A stretch of 32,967 bases of DNA from Candidatus Cloacimonadota bacterium (GTDB lineage: Bacteria > Cloacimonadota > Cloacimonadia > JGIOTU-2): assembly GCA_014384665.1 (NCBI GenBank), contig JACNFI010000041.1, positions 1 to 32,967 of the forward strand, in the 5' to 3' direction. The translations under genes were made by a program, and so were the position numbers. Every line of letters begins with the position of its first letter. Position 1 is the first letter of the stretch. The notes beneath the pieces are model-generated. The model made no database searches. It saw nothing but the letters and a program-made list of their open reading frames with translations, and was not told the DNA's origin. Positions 1-8,233 of the stretch are shown here, one piece after another.

Positions 1-9
1 TTAAATCTT

Positions 10-93
10 TGGAGTAGCCAAGTCTCTTGGCTATATTCGGCGAGAGATCCATTCTCCGTAGGTTTACTCCGAAGGATGAACTCGCCGACTCCA
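10..93 (-). repeat. Nested GC-rich palindromic element directly 3' of queC; its core is homologous to 5299-5351
   Basis: Inverted repeats tggagt/actcca (10-15 / 88-93) and cggcgag/ctcgccg (38-44 / 81-87) are read directly. The reverse complement of 49-80 (ttcatccttcggagtaaacctacggagaatgg) closely matches 5307-5339 (ttcatccttcgtagtagaaactacggagaacgg). Confidence 0.6.
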
Positions 94-96
94 GAT

Positions 97-774
97 TTAC
101 CAATTAATAGGAATTTTATAAGGAATAGAATCTTTAAATCCTGCTTCTTTAAATGCTTTGATTCGTAATCTACAACTATCGCAAACACCACAGGCAATAT
201 CAGAATTTTGATAACAAGACCAGGTTAGATGAAGAGGTGCTTTAAGTTCAAAACCGAGCTTTACAACTTCTGCTTTGGACTTATGTAAAATTGGAGTTTC
301 AATAGTAATGTCTGTTTCCGGCTTGGTGCCAAATTTAATCATTTTGTTATACGCATTGAAAAAACTTTCTCTACAATCAGGATAACCAGAACTATCCTCT
401 TCCATTGCTCCAATAAATATTTTCTTTGCGTTTATAACTTCTGCCCAGGAGACAGCAATTGCAAGCAAATTAGCATTACGAAATGGCACATAAGTATTTG
501 GAATTTCATTTGAAGAAATATTTGGAACATTCAAACTTATGTCAGTCAAACTTGAACCACCAATTTTCTTTAAGTATTCTATATCAACGGATAATCTCTC
601 TTTTGCTTTATAATAATCAGATATGTCATAAAAAGCATTCTCTTCACGCTTTGCAGTTCTTTGTTTATAATTGATATGCAATAAACACAATTGGTAATTC
701 CTATTTGCAATGGCAGTTGTCACACAACTATCAATTCCACCACTAAGAAGTATAATTGCCTTTTCTTTTTTCAT
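97..774 (-). CDS. queC: 7-cyano-7-deazaguanine synthase (QueC)
   Basis: 225-aa ORF with the N-terminal PP-loop LLSGGIDS and a C-terminal Cys cluster (CGVCDSCRLR) typical of QueC. Length is typical for the family. Confidence 0.9.
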   Translation of the reverse strand: MKKEKAIILLSGGIDSCVTTAIANRNYQLCLLHINYKQRTAKREENAFYDISDYYKAKERLSVDIEYLKKIGGSSLTDISLNVPNISSNEIPNTYVPFRNANLLAIAVSWAEVINAKKIFIGAMEEDSSGYPDCRESFFNAYNKMIKFGTKPETDITIETPILHKSKAEVVKLGFELKAPLHLTWSCYQNSDIACGVCDSCRLRIKAFKEAGFKDSIPYKIPINW

Positions 775-889
775 ATTTCCAAATGTGTAAATTCTTTTCT
801 CATTGACAAGATTTTTATGAATATTTCTTTTTGTTTTATGCTTTTTATTGCTGTTAATGGAAAAATTACATCTGTGTTAATCAGTTTCA

Positions 890-950
890 CCCCGTTAAAT
901 AACTTAAAATAATCCTGTATGGATTACTAAAATGACTCTATTTAACGGGG
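890..950. repeat. Palindrome in the queC/dus divergent intergenic region
   Basis: Outer arms ccccgttaaata (890-901) and tatttaacgggg (939-950) flank the hairpin taatcc-tgtat-ggatta (910-926). The ATG at 932 lies inside this element. Confidence 0.6.
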
Positions 951-982
951 TTATTCAGTGTTTTTCTGTGTGCTATTTAAAA

Positions 983-1945
983 ATGAATTCAATATTTTCA
1001 AATAAAACCTGGCTTGCTCCTCTTGCGGGATATACAGATACTGTTTATAGGAAAATCTGCAAATCTATGGGAGCAGATGTTGTAATGAGCGAAATGATAA
1101 GTGCTGATGCTTTGATATATAAAAACCCTAAAACAAAAATATTAGCAGAATTTGATGAAGAAGAACGACCAATTGGATTGCAGATTTTTGGAAATGATGC
1201 TCATAAAATATCTGAAGGTATAAAAATATTGAAAGAATATCAACCTGACTTTATTGACATAAATATGGGATGTCCGATAAAGAAGATTGTCAAAAATGGC
1301 TCTGGGGGTGCTCTTCTTAAAAATCCTGAAAAAATAAAGGAAATAGTTTCATCTGCTGTGAAAGTAATTGATAATGAATTTCCTCTTACAATAAAAATCC
1401 GTTCTGGCTGGAATTCTGATGAAAGTTTGCTTGAAATAGTGAAGATAATTGAATCTGAGGGAGCCTCTGGGATTTGTCTTCATCCCAGAACAAAAACGCA
1501 GATGTTTTCTGGAAAAAGCAACTGGGATTTAATCAGGAAAGTTAAAGAAAAAACCAGAATTCCAATCATCGGAAATGGTGATATCAAAACCCCAGAGGAC
1601 GCCAAAAAGATGGTCGTGCAAACAGGTTGTGATTCCATTATGATTGGACGTGGTGTAATTGGAAATCCCTGGCTATTTCGGCAGATAAAAAATTATTTAC
1701 AAAATAAAACCTATAATTCAATTTTGCCATCAAAAAAGATTGAGATGATTTTCTTGCATTTTGAAAAATTGAAGAAAAAAATTGGAAGCAAAATAGCATT
1801 GAAATCGATGAGAAAATTTATTCCTTATTATACAAAAGGGATGAAAAATGCATCAAAATTGCGACAAAAATGCAATCAGACAAGTGATGAGATGCGATTT
1901 ATTCAATATTTGTTGGATTTCAAAGTAGGTCTTAAAAATGGATAA
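983..1945 (+). CDS. dusB: tRNA-dihydrouridine synthase (Dus family, DusB-like)
   Basis: Motifs LAPLAGYTD, DINMGCP and HPRT, a TIM-barrel flavoenzyme pattern plus a C-terminal helical domain. I prefer the ATG at 983 (MNSIFSNKTWLAPLAGYTD) because the track start at 932 sits inside a palindromic repeat. The subfamily call is tentative. Confidence 0.8.
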   Translation: MNSIFSNKTWLAPLAGYTDTVYRKICKSMGADVVMSEMISADALIYKNPKTKILAEFDEEERPIGLQIFGNDAHKISEGIKILKEYQPDFIDINMGCPIKKIVKNGSGGALLKNPEKIKEIVSSAVKVIDNEFPLTIKIRSGWNSDESLLEIVKIIESEGASGICLHPRTKTQMFSGKSNWDLIRKVKEKTRIPIIGNGDIKTPEDAKKMVVQTGCDSIMIGRGVIGNPWLFRQIKNYLQNKTYNSILPSKKIEMIFLHFEKLKKKIGSKIALKSMRKFIPYYTKGMKNASKLRQKCNQTSDEMRFIQYLLDFKVGLKNG

Positions 1946-2819
1946 AAATATCAAAGCACTACTCTGGGAAGCAGAACATCATATAAAATCCAACTGGATT
2001 CTATCTGTGGAAATATTAGAGGATATAATTAAAAAAGCGCCTTATACCCTTTCTGCTTATGAGATACTTTATAGTATTTTCGTGCGTAATTCTTTGTTCA
2101 AGAAAGCAGAAAGCACACTAAAACGGGCTATGATATTTTTTCCAGATAATGACCATCTATTTTTTTTAATGGGCAATATTTATATCGCACAGAAAGGGAA
2201 AGCATGGAAAGCGATTGAATACTACCAGAAAGTAAAAAAAAGGTTTCCAGAATTAGAATTTAATCTTGCTCTGGCATTAGCATATCAAGATAGAAAAAGA
2301 GAAGCAATAAAAATATTTGAGAGAATAATTCCCTACTTCAGTCATTTAGTAACTTCTTATAGTTTTTTTGCAGAACAATATATATCCTTGAAAGAATATG
2401 ATAAGGCAATTGATGTGCTCAAAACTGCTGAGAAGAAATTTCCTGCAAATAAGGAAATATATTATCTTATTGGAATTTGTTATAACAAGAAGAAGAATTG
2501 GATTCAAGCTTATTTATATTTTGAAAAAACAAGGGAATTGGGTTACTCTACAGCAGAATTCTACAATACTTTTGGTGAATGTTGTCATAATATGGGAGAT
2601 TTAGAAAGTGGTATTAAATATCTGAAAAAGAGCATTGCACAGAATATGTTTTACATAAAATCGTATTTGGATTTAAGTAAGTTATACATTCTAAAGAAAG
2701 ATTTTTCTAATGCAAAGAAGTACTTAAGCATTGCCAGAAAAATTGACCCATTAAATATCTATATTGTATTAGCTTCAGAAAGATTAAGACGTCTTTTCAA
2801 GAATATGGAGAAATTATGA
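1938..2819 (+). CDS. TPR-repeat protein
   Basis: 293 aa with repeated about 34-aa A/Y/L-rich helical units (for example AIEYYQKV, AIDVLKTAEKKFP, GIKYLKKSI). It overlaps the dus stop by 8 nt, which looks like an operon. Confidence 0.65.
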   Translation: MDKNIKALLWEAEHHIKSNWILSVEILEDIIKKAPYTLSAYEILYSIFVRNSLFKKAESTLKRAMIFFPDNDHLFFLMGNIYIAQKGKAWKAIEYYQKVKKRFPELEFNLALALAYQDRKREAIKIFERIIPYFSHLVTSYSFFAEQYISLKEYDKAIDVLKTAEKKFPANKEIYYLIGICYNKKKNWIQAYLYFEKTRELGYSTAEFYNTFGECCHNMGDLESGIKYLKKSIAQNMFYIKSYLDLSKLYILKKDFSNAKKYLSIARKIDPLNIYIVLASERLRRLFKNMEKL

Positions 2820-3703
2820 AAAATTTTTGGATAATGATTATAGCTTTTTTATTAGCCCTTACTATTTGGGTTGAAATAAAGCTAGCAAAAGTTCAAAGGC
2901 TTAATATAAAAGTTCCAGTAGCAATTACAAATTCTCCAACAGCTTTAATTCCTCTATCTATTGAACCGGGATATTTAGACCTGACCATTGAAGGAAAAGG
3001 ACGGGAGATTCTGTTATACAATTTAGAAAAAAACTCATATTATATTGATTTAAAAGATACTCATTTTGGGAATAATTATAAACCTATAAATTATGAAGAA
3101 CTTAAGAATCTTGCAGATAAAAATCTTAAAATTGTGCATAAAGCTCCATCTAAAGAAATTATTATCTATATGGATATTATGATATCTAAGTTAGTTCCAG
3201 TAAAACCGACTTTTGTTGATGATGAAAGCAGGATATATTTTATTGAAAATAGTCTTGCCGTTTTACCTGAGAATATTCAGGTTAAAGGTCCGAAAACATT
3301 AATTAAAGATATTTGTGAAATAGCCAGCTTACCTTATAATATAAAAAAACAGGATAATCTAACCCTTAATTTAATTCATCCTTCAAATACATTAATTACT
3401 TATGATAAATACACTGTAGATATCAAGAAAAGGGAGCCTAAAATAATTCAAAAGACCATCTCTGTGATACCTATATTATCAGATAAAAGTATTGAGATAT
3501 TTCCAAATTCTGTGAGTATTAAAATTTCAGGAGAAGAAAAGATTTTACAAAATATTCAACCTGAAGATTTCATTGCGGAAATAGATACATCCGTATCTTT
3601 GGAGATAGACAGTTTAGTAGCAGTGCAAATTTATCTGCCAGATGGAGTAGAACTAATTGCTCAAACTCCAACCTATGTAAGAATTAAAAATGTTCAAAGA
3701 TGA
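2816..3703 (+). CDS. YbbR-like repeat protein, membrane anchored
   Basis: N-terminal TM segment followed by 3-4 repeats of a beta-rich unit ending in the pattern V.V.G....L..I (NIQVKGPKTLIKDI, SVSIKISGEEKILQNI). It has a 4-nt overlap with the upstream gene. The family call is by eye only. Confidence 0.5.
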   Translation: MKNFWIMIIAFLLALTIWVEIKLAKVQRLNIKVPVAITNSPTALIPLSIEPGYLDLTIEGKGREILLYNLEKNSYYIDLKDTHFGNNYKPINYEELKNLADKNLKIVHKAPSKEIIIYMDIMISKLVPVKPTFVDDESRIYFIENSLAVLPENIQVKGPKTLIKDICEIASLPYNIKKQDNLTLNLIHPSNTLITYDKYTVDIKKREPKIIQKTISVIPILSDKSIEIFPNSVSIKISGEEKILQNIQPEDFIAEIDTSVSLEIDSLVAVQIYLPDGVELIAQTPTYVRIKNVQR

Positions 3704-3763
3704 TATTATATTTAATTGAGGGATGTGCATAATGCCATATTTATTAATAGATAGGGTATCGTT

Positions 3764-3874
3764 TAACGGTTGCGCAGCTCGAAACGGTTGACGGAAAACG
3801 GTAAACGGCACTTCTATCCCCGCGGACGCGGGGATTGCCGTAAAACGTAACGAGTCGCTCAACCGCAACCGTTA
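3764..3874. repeat. GC-rich long palindrome upstream of tsaD
   Basis: Perfect 11-bp outer arms taacggttgcg (3764-3774) and cgcaaccgtta (3864-3874). Central hairpin atccccgcg..cgcggggat (3816-3835). The arms are rich in ACGG/CCGT motifs. The shadow ORF 3653..3868 is explained by this element. Confidence 0.7.
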
Positions 3875-3972
3875 GACCTCGTTTATAATATGAATCATTC
3901 TTTCTATATTCACTTGTGATTTATGCACATTCCTCAATTAATTATATTTATAATTCAAAAGGTGATATTTTT

Positions 3973-5013
3973 ATGTCATCCTATTTATTAAGGGAAATAG
4001 ATTTGAAAGATATAATAGTTTTAGGGATAGAGACATCCTGTGACGATACATCCATAGCAGTCGTGGATAGTAATTTCCATATCTATTCAAATATAATTTC
4101 TTCACAAGTAATACATAAGAAATTTGGAGGAGTAGTTCCTGAACTTGCTTCAAGAGAACATATAAAGGGAATAATACCCATTATGGATATTGCTCTCAAA
4201 CGAGCAAAATTGTCTTTGGACAAAATTGATGCCATTGCTGTCTCTACTAATCCCGGGCTTATCGGTTCTCTTTTAGTTGGTCTTTCTTTTGCCAAAGGTC
4301 TTGCGTATAGTATGGGAAAACCATTGATTTCAGTAAATCATATTTTAGGACATGTTTTCGCTAATTTTTTAGAGCATCCAGAAATAGAATTTCCATTTAT
4401 TGCATTGATTGTTTCTGGAGGGCATACTGAGTTAGTAAATTTTTCATCTTTTGATAACTTTGAAGTAATTGGAAGAACAGTTGATGATGCAGCCGGGGAA
4501 GCATTTGATAAAATTGGCAAATTATTAAAACTCTCATTTCCAGGAGGTCCAGAAATTGATAATCTTGCAAAGAATGGTGATAAACATGCAATTAGTTTTC
4601 CATTACCGATGATAAAACAAGCAAATTATGATTTTAGTTTTAGTGGATTAAAAACCTCTGCTGCTTTATATATTCAAGACAACAACATAGATTTAAGTAG
4701 TGAGAATCTATATAATTTTGCAGCAAGCTTTCAAAATTCTATTGTTCAGGTTCTATTTAAAAAAACTATATCGGCTATTAAAGAAAATAACATAAAAACT
4801 TTTTTACTTGCAGGTGGGGTTGCAGCAAATTCTGAGTTAAGAAAAATTTTTGATGATTATGCTAATGAACATAATTTGAATGTATTCTATCCATCTCAAG
4901 AACTTTGCACTGATAATGCTGCAATGATAGCTTGTGTCGGTATTTTTAAATATAAGAAAAAACAGTTTGCTGATTTAAACATTAACGGTTCTTCTATAAA
5001 AGGTATAAACTAA
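3973..5013 (+). CDS. tsaD: tRNA N6-adenosine threonylcarbamoyltransferase TsaD
   Basis: GIETSCDDTS, HILGH and GGVAAN motifs of the Kae1/TsaD family. The ATG at 3973 is preceded by aaaaggtga. The 19 upstream codons in the track look spurious. Confidence 0.9.
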   Translation: MSSYLLREIDLKDIIVLGIETSCDDTSIAVVDSNFHIYSNIISSQVIHKKFGGVVPELASREHIKGIIPIMDIALKRAKLSLDKIDAIAVSTNPGLIGSLLVGLSFAKGLAYSMGKPLISVNHILGHVFANFLEHPEIEFPFIALIVSGGHTELVNFSSFDNFEVIGRTVDDAAGEAFDKIGKLLKLSFPGGPEIDNLAKNGDKHAISFPLPMIKQANYDFSFSGLKTSAALYIQDNNIDLSSENLYNFAASFQNSIVQVLFKKTISAIKENNIKTFLLAGGVAANSELRKIFDDYANEHNLNVFYPSQELCTDNAAMIACVGIFKYKKKQFADLNINGSSIKGIN

Positions 5014-5170
5014 ATGAATTTTATAAGAAGCTTAAATTCATTTCCGCAAAAAACTTTTAATCTTAAAAGTCGTATAAGAAGTATATAATAAAAAACTGAG
5101 GAATCCTTGAGTCCGCTCTAAAAACCATTAAAATGGTTAAAGTTCATTATTTTCCTTGAATCCACAACTT

Positions 5171-5270
5171 ATCCCCAATTTAATTGGGGATGTGGGCTAC
5201 CTAATACACTAACTATAGGCGAATTAGTGTCATAGAAGCCCACAGTTTTATCCCTGATTTAATCGGGGAT
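5171..5270 (+). repeat. Triple-hairpin intergenic module (family with 16450-16532 and 21276-21355)
   Basis: H1 is atccccaatttaattggggat (5171-5191). H2 is gtgggct/agcccac (5192-5198 / 5237-5243) with inner acactaa/ttagtgt (5206-5212 / 5224-5230). H3 is atccctgatttaatcggggat (5250-5270). Confidence 0.7.
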
Positions 5271-5298
5271 GGGTAGAATGTAAAAAAAACCTAAATTT

Positions 5299-5351
5299 AA
5301 CCCCTTTTCATCCTTCGTAGTAGAAACTACGGAGAACGGGCAGGGGTTTTT
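5299..5351 (+). terminator. Structured 3' element / probable intrinsic terminator after tsaD
   Basis: The stem aacccct/aggggtt (5299-5305 / 5342-5348) encloses the cgtagt-agaa-actacg hairpin and is followed by a T5 run. Its core is shared with the element 3' of queC, in the same orientation relative to the upstream gene. Confidence 0.5.
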
Positions 5352-5399
5352 ATAGTGAACCCAATGATATTATTTTCAGAATCTCTTTGAGGAGTAACA

Positions 5400-6515
5400 A
5401 TGAAGATATTTTATCTGTTTTTTATATATTTTTTCATTTGCGCCTATTGTCTATTAGCACAAGAAATTTCATTCACAGCAGAGGATAATCCCAATGATGA
5501 TGGAACAGGTATCATACTTATGTGGAAAATTGAAGAAGAAAATGTTGAAAAAATAATTATTGAGAGAAGTTCTGATGGCACAAATTTTATAGAAATTGCA
5601 AATCCAATGATTTCAGATGAACAATACTTAGATGTGCAAGACATCAAACCAAACATAAAATATTTCTACCAACTAAATTTGTATAACCGGAATGGAGAAG
5701 AGATTATATCGCCATTACAAACTACTGTTTTTGCAAAAGCAGAATGGTTTAACTCCAACCGTTATCCTCTTTTTCTTATGACAGTCCTGCTTGCATTTGC
5801 GATTATTTATTATATTGTTTCAGCAAGGAAAGGAAAACATCTATTCATAAGACGAATAAGTGGATTAGAGACTATTGAAGAAGCTGTTGGACGAGCAACC
5901 GAGCTTGGGAAACCATTGTTATTTGTACCAGGTATACTTGATCTTGATGATATGCAAACACTTGCGGGACTCAATATTCTGAGTCATTTAGCTCAAAAAG
6001 TAGCTCAATACGAGTCCACTTTATATGTGCCTGTTTGTCGTTCAATGGTTCTATCAACTGCAAAAGAGATTGTGAAAGAATCATATCTAAAGGCAGGCAG
6101 GCCTGATGCTTTCAATCCTGATTCTGTTTTCTATTTAACAGATGACCAATTTGGGTATGTTGCAGGTGTTGATGGTATAATCATGAGGGAGAAACCAGCA
6201 GCGAATTTTTATCTCGGAGCTTTTTATGCAGAATCTCTAATTCTGGCTGAAACCGGATTTGAAAGTGGTGCCATTCAGATTGCTGGAACTGCAATGCCGT
6301 CGCAAATACCATTTTTTGTCGCCGCATGTGATTATACACTTATCGGAGAAGAACTGTTTGCTGCATCTGCATATCTTTCAAATGAACCTGCTCAATTAGG
6401 TAGCCTGAAAGGACAGGATGTGGGAAAAGCAATAATTATTATTACATTTCTCGCCGGGATTGTATTAGAAATGTTTGGAATACATTTTTTGAAAGAATTT
6501 TTTACTATGCATTAA
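5400..6515 (+). CDS. Membrane protein of unknown function: signal peptide + Fn3-like ectodomain + TM + about 220-aa conserved domain + C-terminal TM (gene A of a 4-gene operon)
   Basis: A gaggag RBS lies 5 nt upstream. N-terminal hydrophobic leader, TM YPLFLMTVLLAFAIIYYIV followed by a basic patch, and terminal TM AIIIITFLAGIVLEMFG. I cannot name a family with confidence. Confidence 0.75.
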   Translation: MKIFYLFFIYFFICAYCLLAQEISFTAEDNPNDDGTGIILMWKIEEENVEKIIIERSSDGTNFIEIANPMISDEQYLDVQDIKPNIKYFYQLNLYNRNGEEIISPLQTTVFAKAEWFNSNRYPLFLMTVLLAFAIIYYIVSARKGKHLFIRRISGLETIEEAVGRATELGKPLLFVPGILDLDDMQTLAGLNILSHLAQKVAQYESTLYVPVCRSMVLSTAKEIVKESYLKAGRPDAFNPDSVFYLTDDQFGYVAGVDGIIMREKPAANFYLGAFYAESLILAETGFESGAIQIAGTAMPSQIPFFVAACDYTLIGEELFAASAYLSNEPAQLGSLKGQDVGKAIIIITFLAGIVLEMFGIHFLKEFFTMH

Positions 6516-6524
6516 AAAGTTTAG

Positions 6525-6600
6525 CCACGAACTTACACGAACAACCACTAACTTTATTTTTTAATTAATTCTGTTAGTGTCAGTTAGTGTTAGTTCGTGG
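6525..6600. repeat. CCACGAA-type palindromic element between genes A and B
   Basis: The left arm ccacgaacttacacgaacaaccactaac (6525-6552) and right arm gttagtgtcagttagtgttagttcgtgg (6573-6600) are imperfect reverse complements. Related arms occur at 27115-27145 and 29974-30049. Confidence 0.6.
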
Positions 6601-6619
6601 TAAAAAATATTGAGGAAAA

Positions 6620-7315
6620 ATGAGAAGACAGATACCTTTGTTTATTACTTTTTTTATTGGAACCATTATCCTTGTTTCTGAATTCATCCCTCATAAACCG
6701 TTTGGTAATATATCAACTACTTTGGGAGGATGGTTTTTGATTATTTCTGGCTTTGCAATTATTTTAGGGCAATTAAACCTATTCAAAGTAAACCTTACAA
6801 AGATTTCCAGAAAAGCTCCAAACTGGCAATACTATATTATATCATTAGTATGTTTTCTCATTATGTTAGTTTGTGGTATTTTATGGGGGACGCTCAGACA
6901 ACCTGGACTTCTGTATAACAGTGAGGGGCTTGTTGCTTTTTTCGGACTCAAACCTTTTGATTATATTTTTAAATATTTATTTGAAAATCTCTCTGCTACA
7001 ATGTTTTCTCTTCTGGCATTTTTTATGGCTTCTGCTTCTTACCGGGCATTTAGAGCAAGAAATGCTGAATCAACACTTCTCCTTGTCGCGGCTGTGCTGG
7101 TCATGTTAGGAAGGACAACAATTGGAAGCACACTTACAGGTTGGATACCAGATTCTTTAACTTATCTTCATCTACCCAATATAGCTAATTTTATTATGGA
7201 ATATCTAAATACAGCAGGACAGAGAGCAATAATGATATGTGCAGGACTTGGGGTTATTGGAAGTTCACTCAGGATTATTCTCGGGATTGAACGCTCATAT
7301 TTAGGAGGTAGATAA
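6620..7315 (+). CDS. Polytopic membrane protein of unknown function (gene B)
   Basis: 231 aa with about 6 hydrophobic segments and a gagga RBS. It ends 2 nt before gene C. Confidence 0.75.
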   Translation: MRRQIPLFITFFIGTIILVSEFIPHKPFGNISTTLGGWFLIISGFAIILGQLNLFKVNLTKISRKAPNWQYYIISLVCFLIMLVCGILWGTLRQPGLLYNSEGLVAFFGLKPFDYIFKYLFENLSATMFSLLAFFMASASYRAFRARNAESTLLLVAAVLVMLGRTTIGSTLTGWIPDSLTYLHLPNIANFIMEYLNTAGQRAIMICAGLGVIGSSLRIILGIERSYLGGR

Positions 7316-7317
7316 CA

Positions 7318-8145
7318 ATGTCATTGTTCCAAAAATTAATCCATATAGATAGAAGAATCATATTTATTCTGATTTTTTTTGGAACCGCAGTTCCGTTACT
7401 ACTTGTTTTAAATCTTCCTGTTGAAGTGACAAAGAATGTAAAAAATGTATATAAAATGGTTGAAGAAACACCTGAAGGCTCACCTGTAATAATCTCTTTT
7501 GACTATGACCCATCCACAAAACCAGAGATACAACCAATGGCTGTTGCGATAATTCAGCAATCTTTACGAAACAAACTTAAGTTAATTTGTATTGCTCTCT
7601 GGCCTATGGGTGTTCAACTGTGTAATGAAGCCTTTGAGCAGGTTTTGCCTTTGTTCCCTGAAGTAAAATACGGTATAGATTATGTAAACTTGGGATATAA
7701 AGCCGGGGGAATGGTTACGATCAATCATATGGCAAAAGACCTTCCCAGCACATTCCCCACAGATGCAGGTGGAATACCAATAGATGAATTTCCTATAATG
7801 AAGGGTATTAATAATTTTAGTAAAATCGGTTTTGTTGTTGGTCTTTCGGCTGGTGATCCCGGATTAAAACAATGGGTAATGGTGGTACATGATGCGTATG
7901 GTAGGCCTGTTGCTGGTGGTTCTACTGCTGTTCAAGTTCCATATCTATTACCGTATGTGAATGAACAACAGCAACTAACCGGGCTTGTAGGTGGATTAAA
8001 AGGTGCAGCAGAATATGAAAAATTAATCAATCAACCAGGATTTGCCACAAAAGGTATGGATGCACAATCCGTTGCACATCTTATTATTATTCTACTTATT
8101 GTGATTGGTAATGTTGGCTTTTTTATAACAAAAAGAACAAAATAA
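7318..8145 (+). CDS. Bitopic membrane protein of unknown function, apparent paralog of the C-terminal domain of gene A (gene C)
   Basis: An aggagg RBS lies inside the end of gene B. It has N- and C-terminal TM segments. By eye, VAGGSTAVQVPYLL resembles IAGTAMPSQIPFFV of gene A, and KGMDAQSVAHLIIILLIVIGNV resembles KGQDVGKAIIIITFLAGIV. Confidence 0.75.
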   Translation: MSLFQKLIHIDRRIIFILIFFGTAVPLLLVLNLPVEVTKNVKNVYKMVEETPEGSPVIISFDYDPSTKPEIQPMAVAIIQQSLRNKLKLICIALWPMGVQLCNEAFEQVLPLFPEVKYGIDYVNLGYKAGGMVTINHMAKDLPSTFPTDAGGIPIDEFPIMKGINNFSKIGFVVGLSAGDPGLKQWVMVVHDAYGRPVAGGSTAVQVPYLLPYVNEQQQLTGLVGGLKGAAEYEKLINQPGFATKGMDAQSVAHLIIILLIVIGNVGFFITKRTK

Positions 8146-8233
8146 TAATTTCTAATATATTGAGCGTTAATGACAGGTATATGAACACTAATTATGTGCT
8201 TAATATTTTTTTAGAAGATAATTGGGAGACTGT

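Noticed and set aside
483-912. ORFs 483..674(+) and 691..912(+) from the track
   Set aside because: They are antisense shadows of queC or run into its promoter region. They have low-complexity, Cys/Phe-rich translations and no RBS. The same reasoning applies to 2398..2604, 3971..4153, 4083..4295, 4338..4520, 4397..4591, 5444..5656, 6730..6918, 6873..7109, 8386..8568, 10307..10762, 10539..10811, 10853..11065, 15123..15533, 15571..15807, 19362..19565, 20389..20688, 21883..22260, 23724..23969, 28210..28443, 28782..29090, 29279..29563, 29964..30155 and 30195..30428. All of these lie inside or opposite well-supported genes.
775-931. Possible preQ1 riboswitch upstream of queC (minus strand)
   Set aside because: The only hairpin (taatcc-tgtat-ggatta) lacks the preQ1-I loop sequence and the A-rich ACUA tail. 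It is part of a larger palindrome shared with the divergent dus gene.
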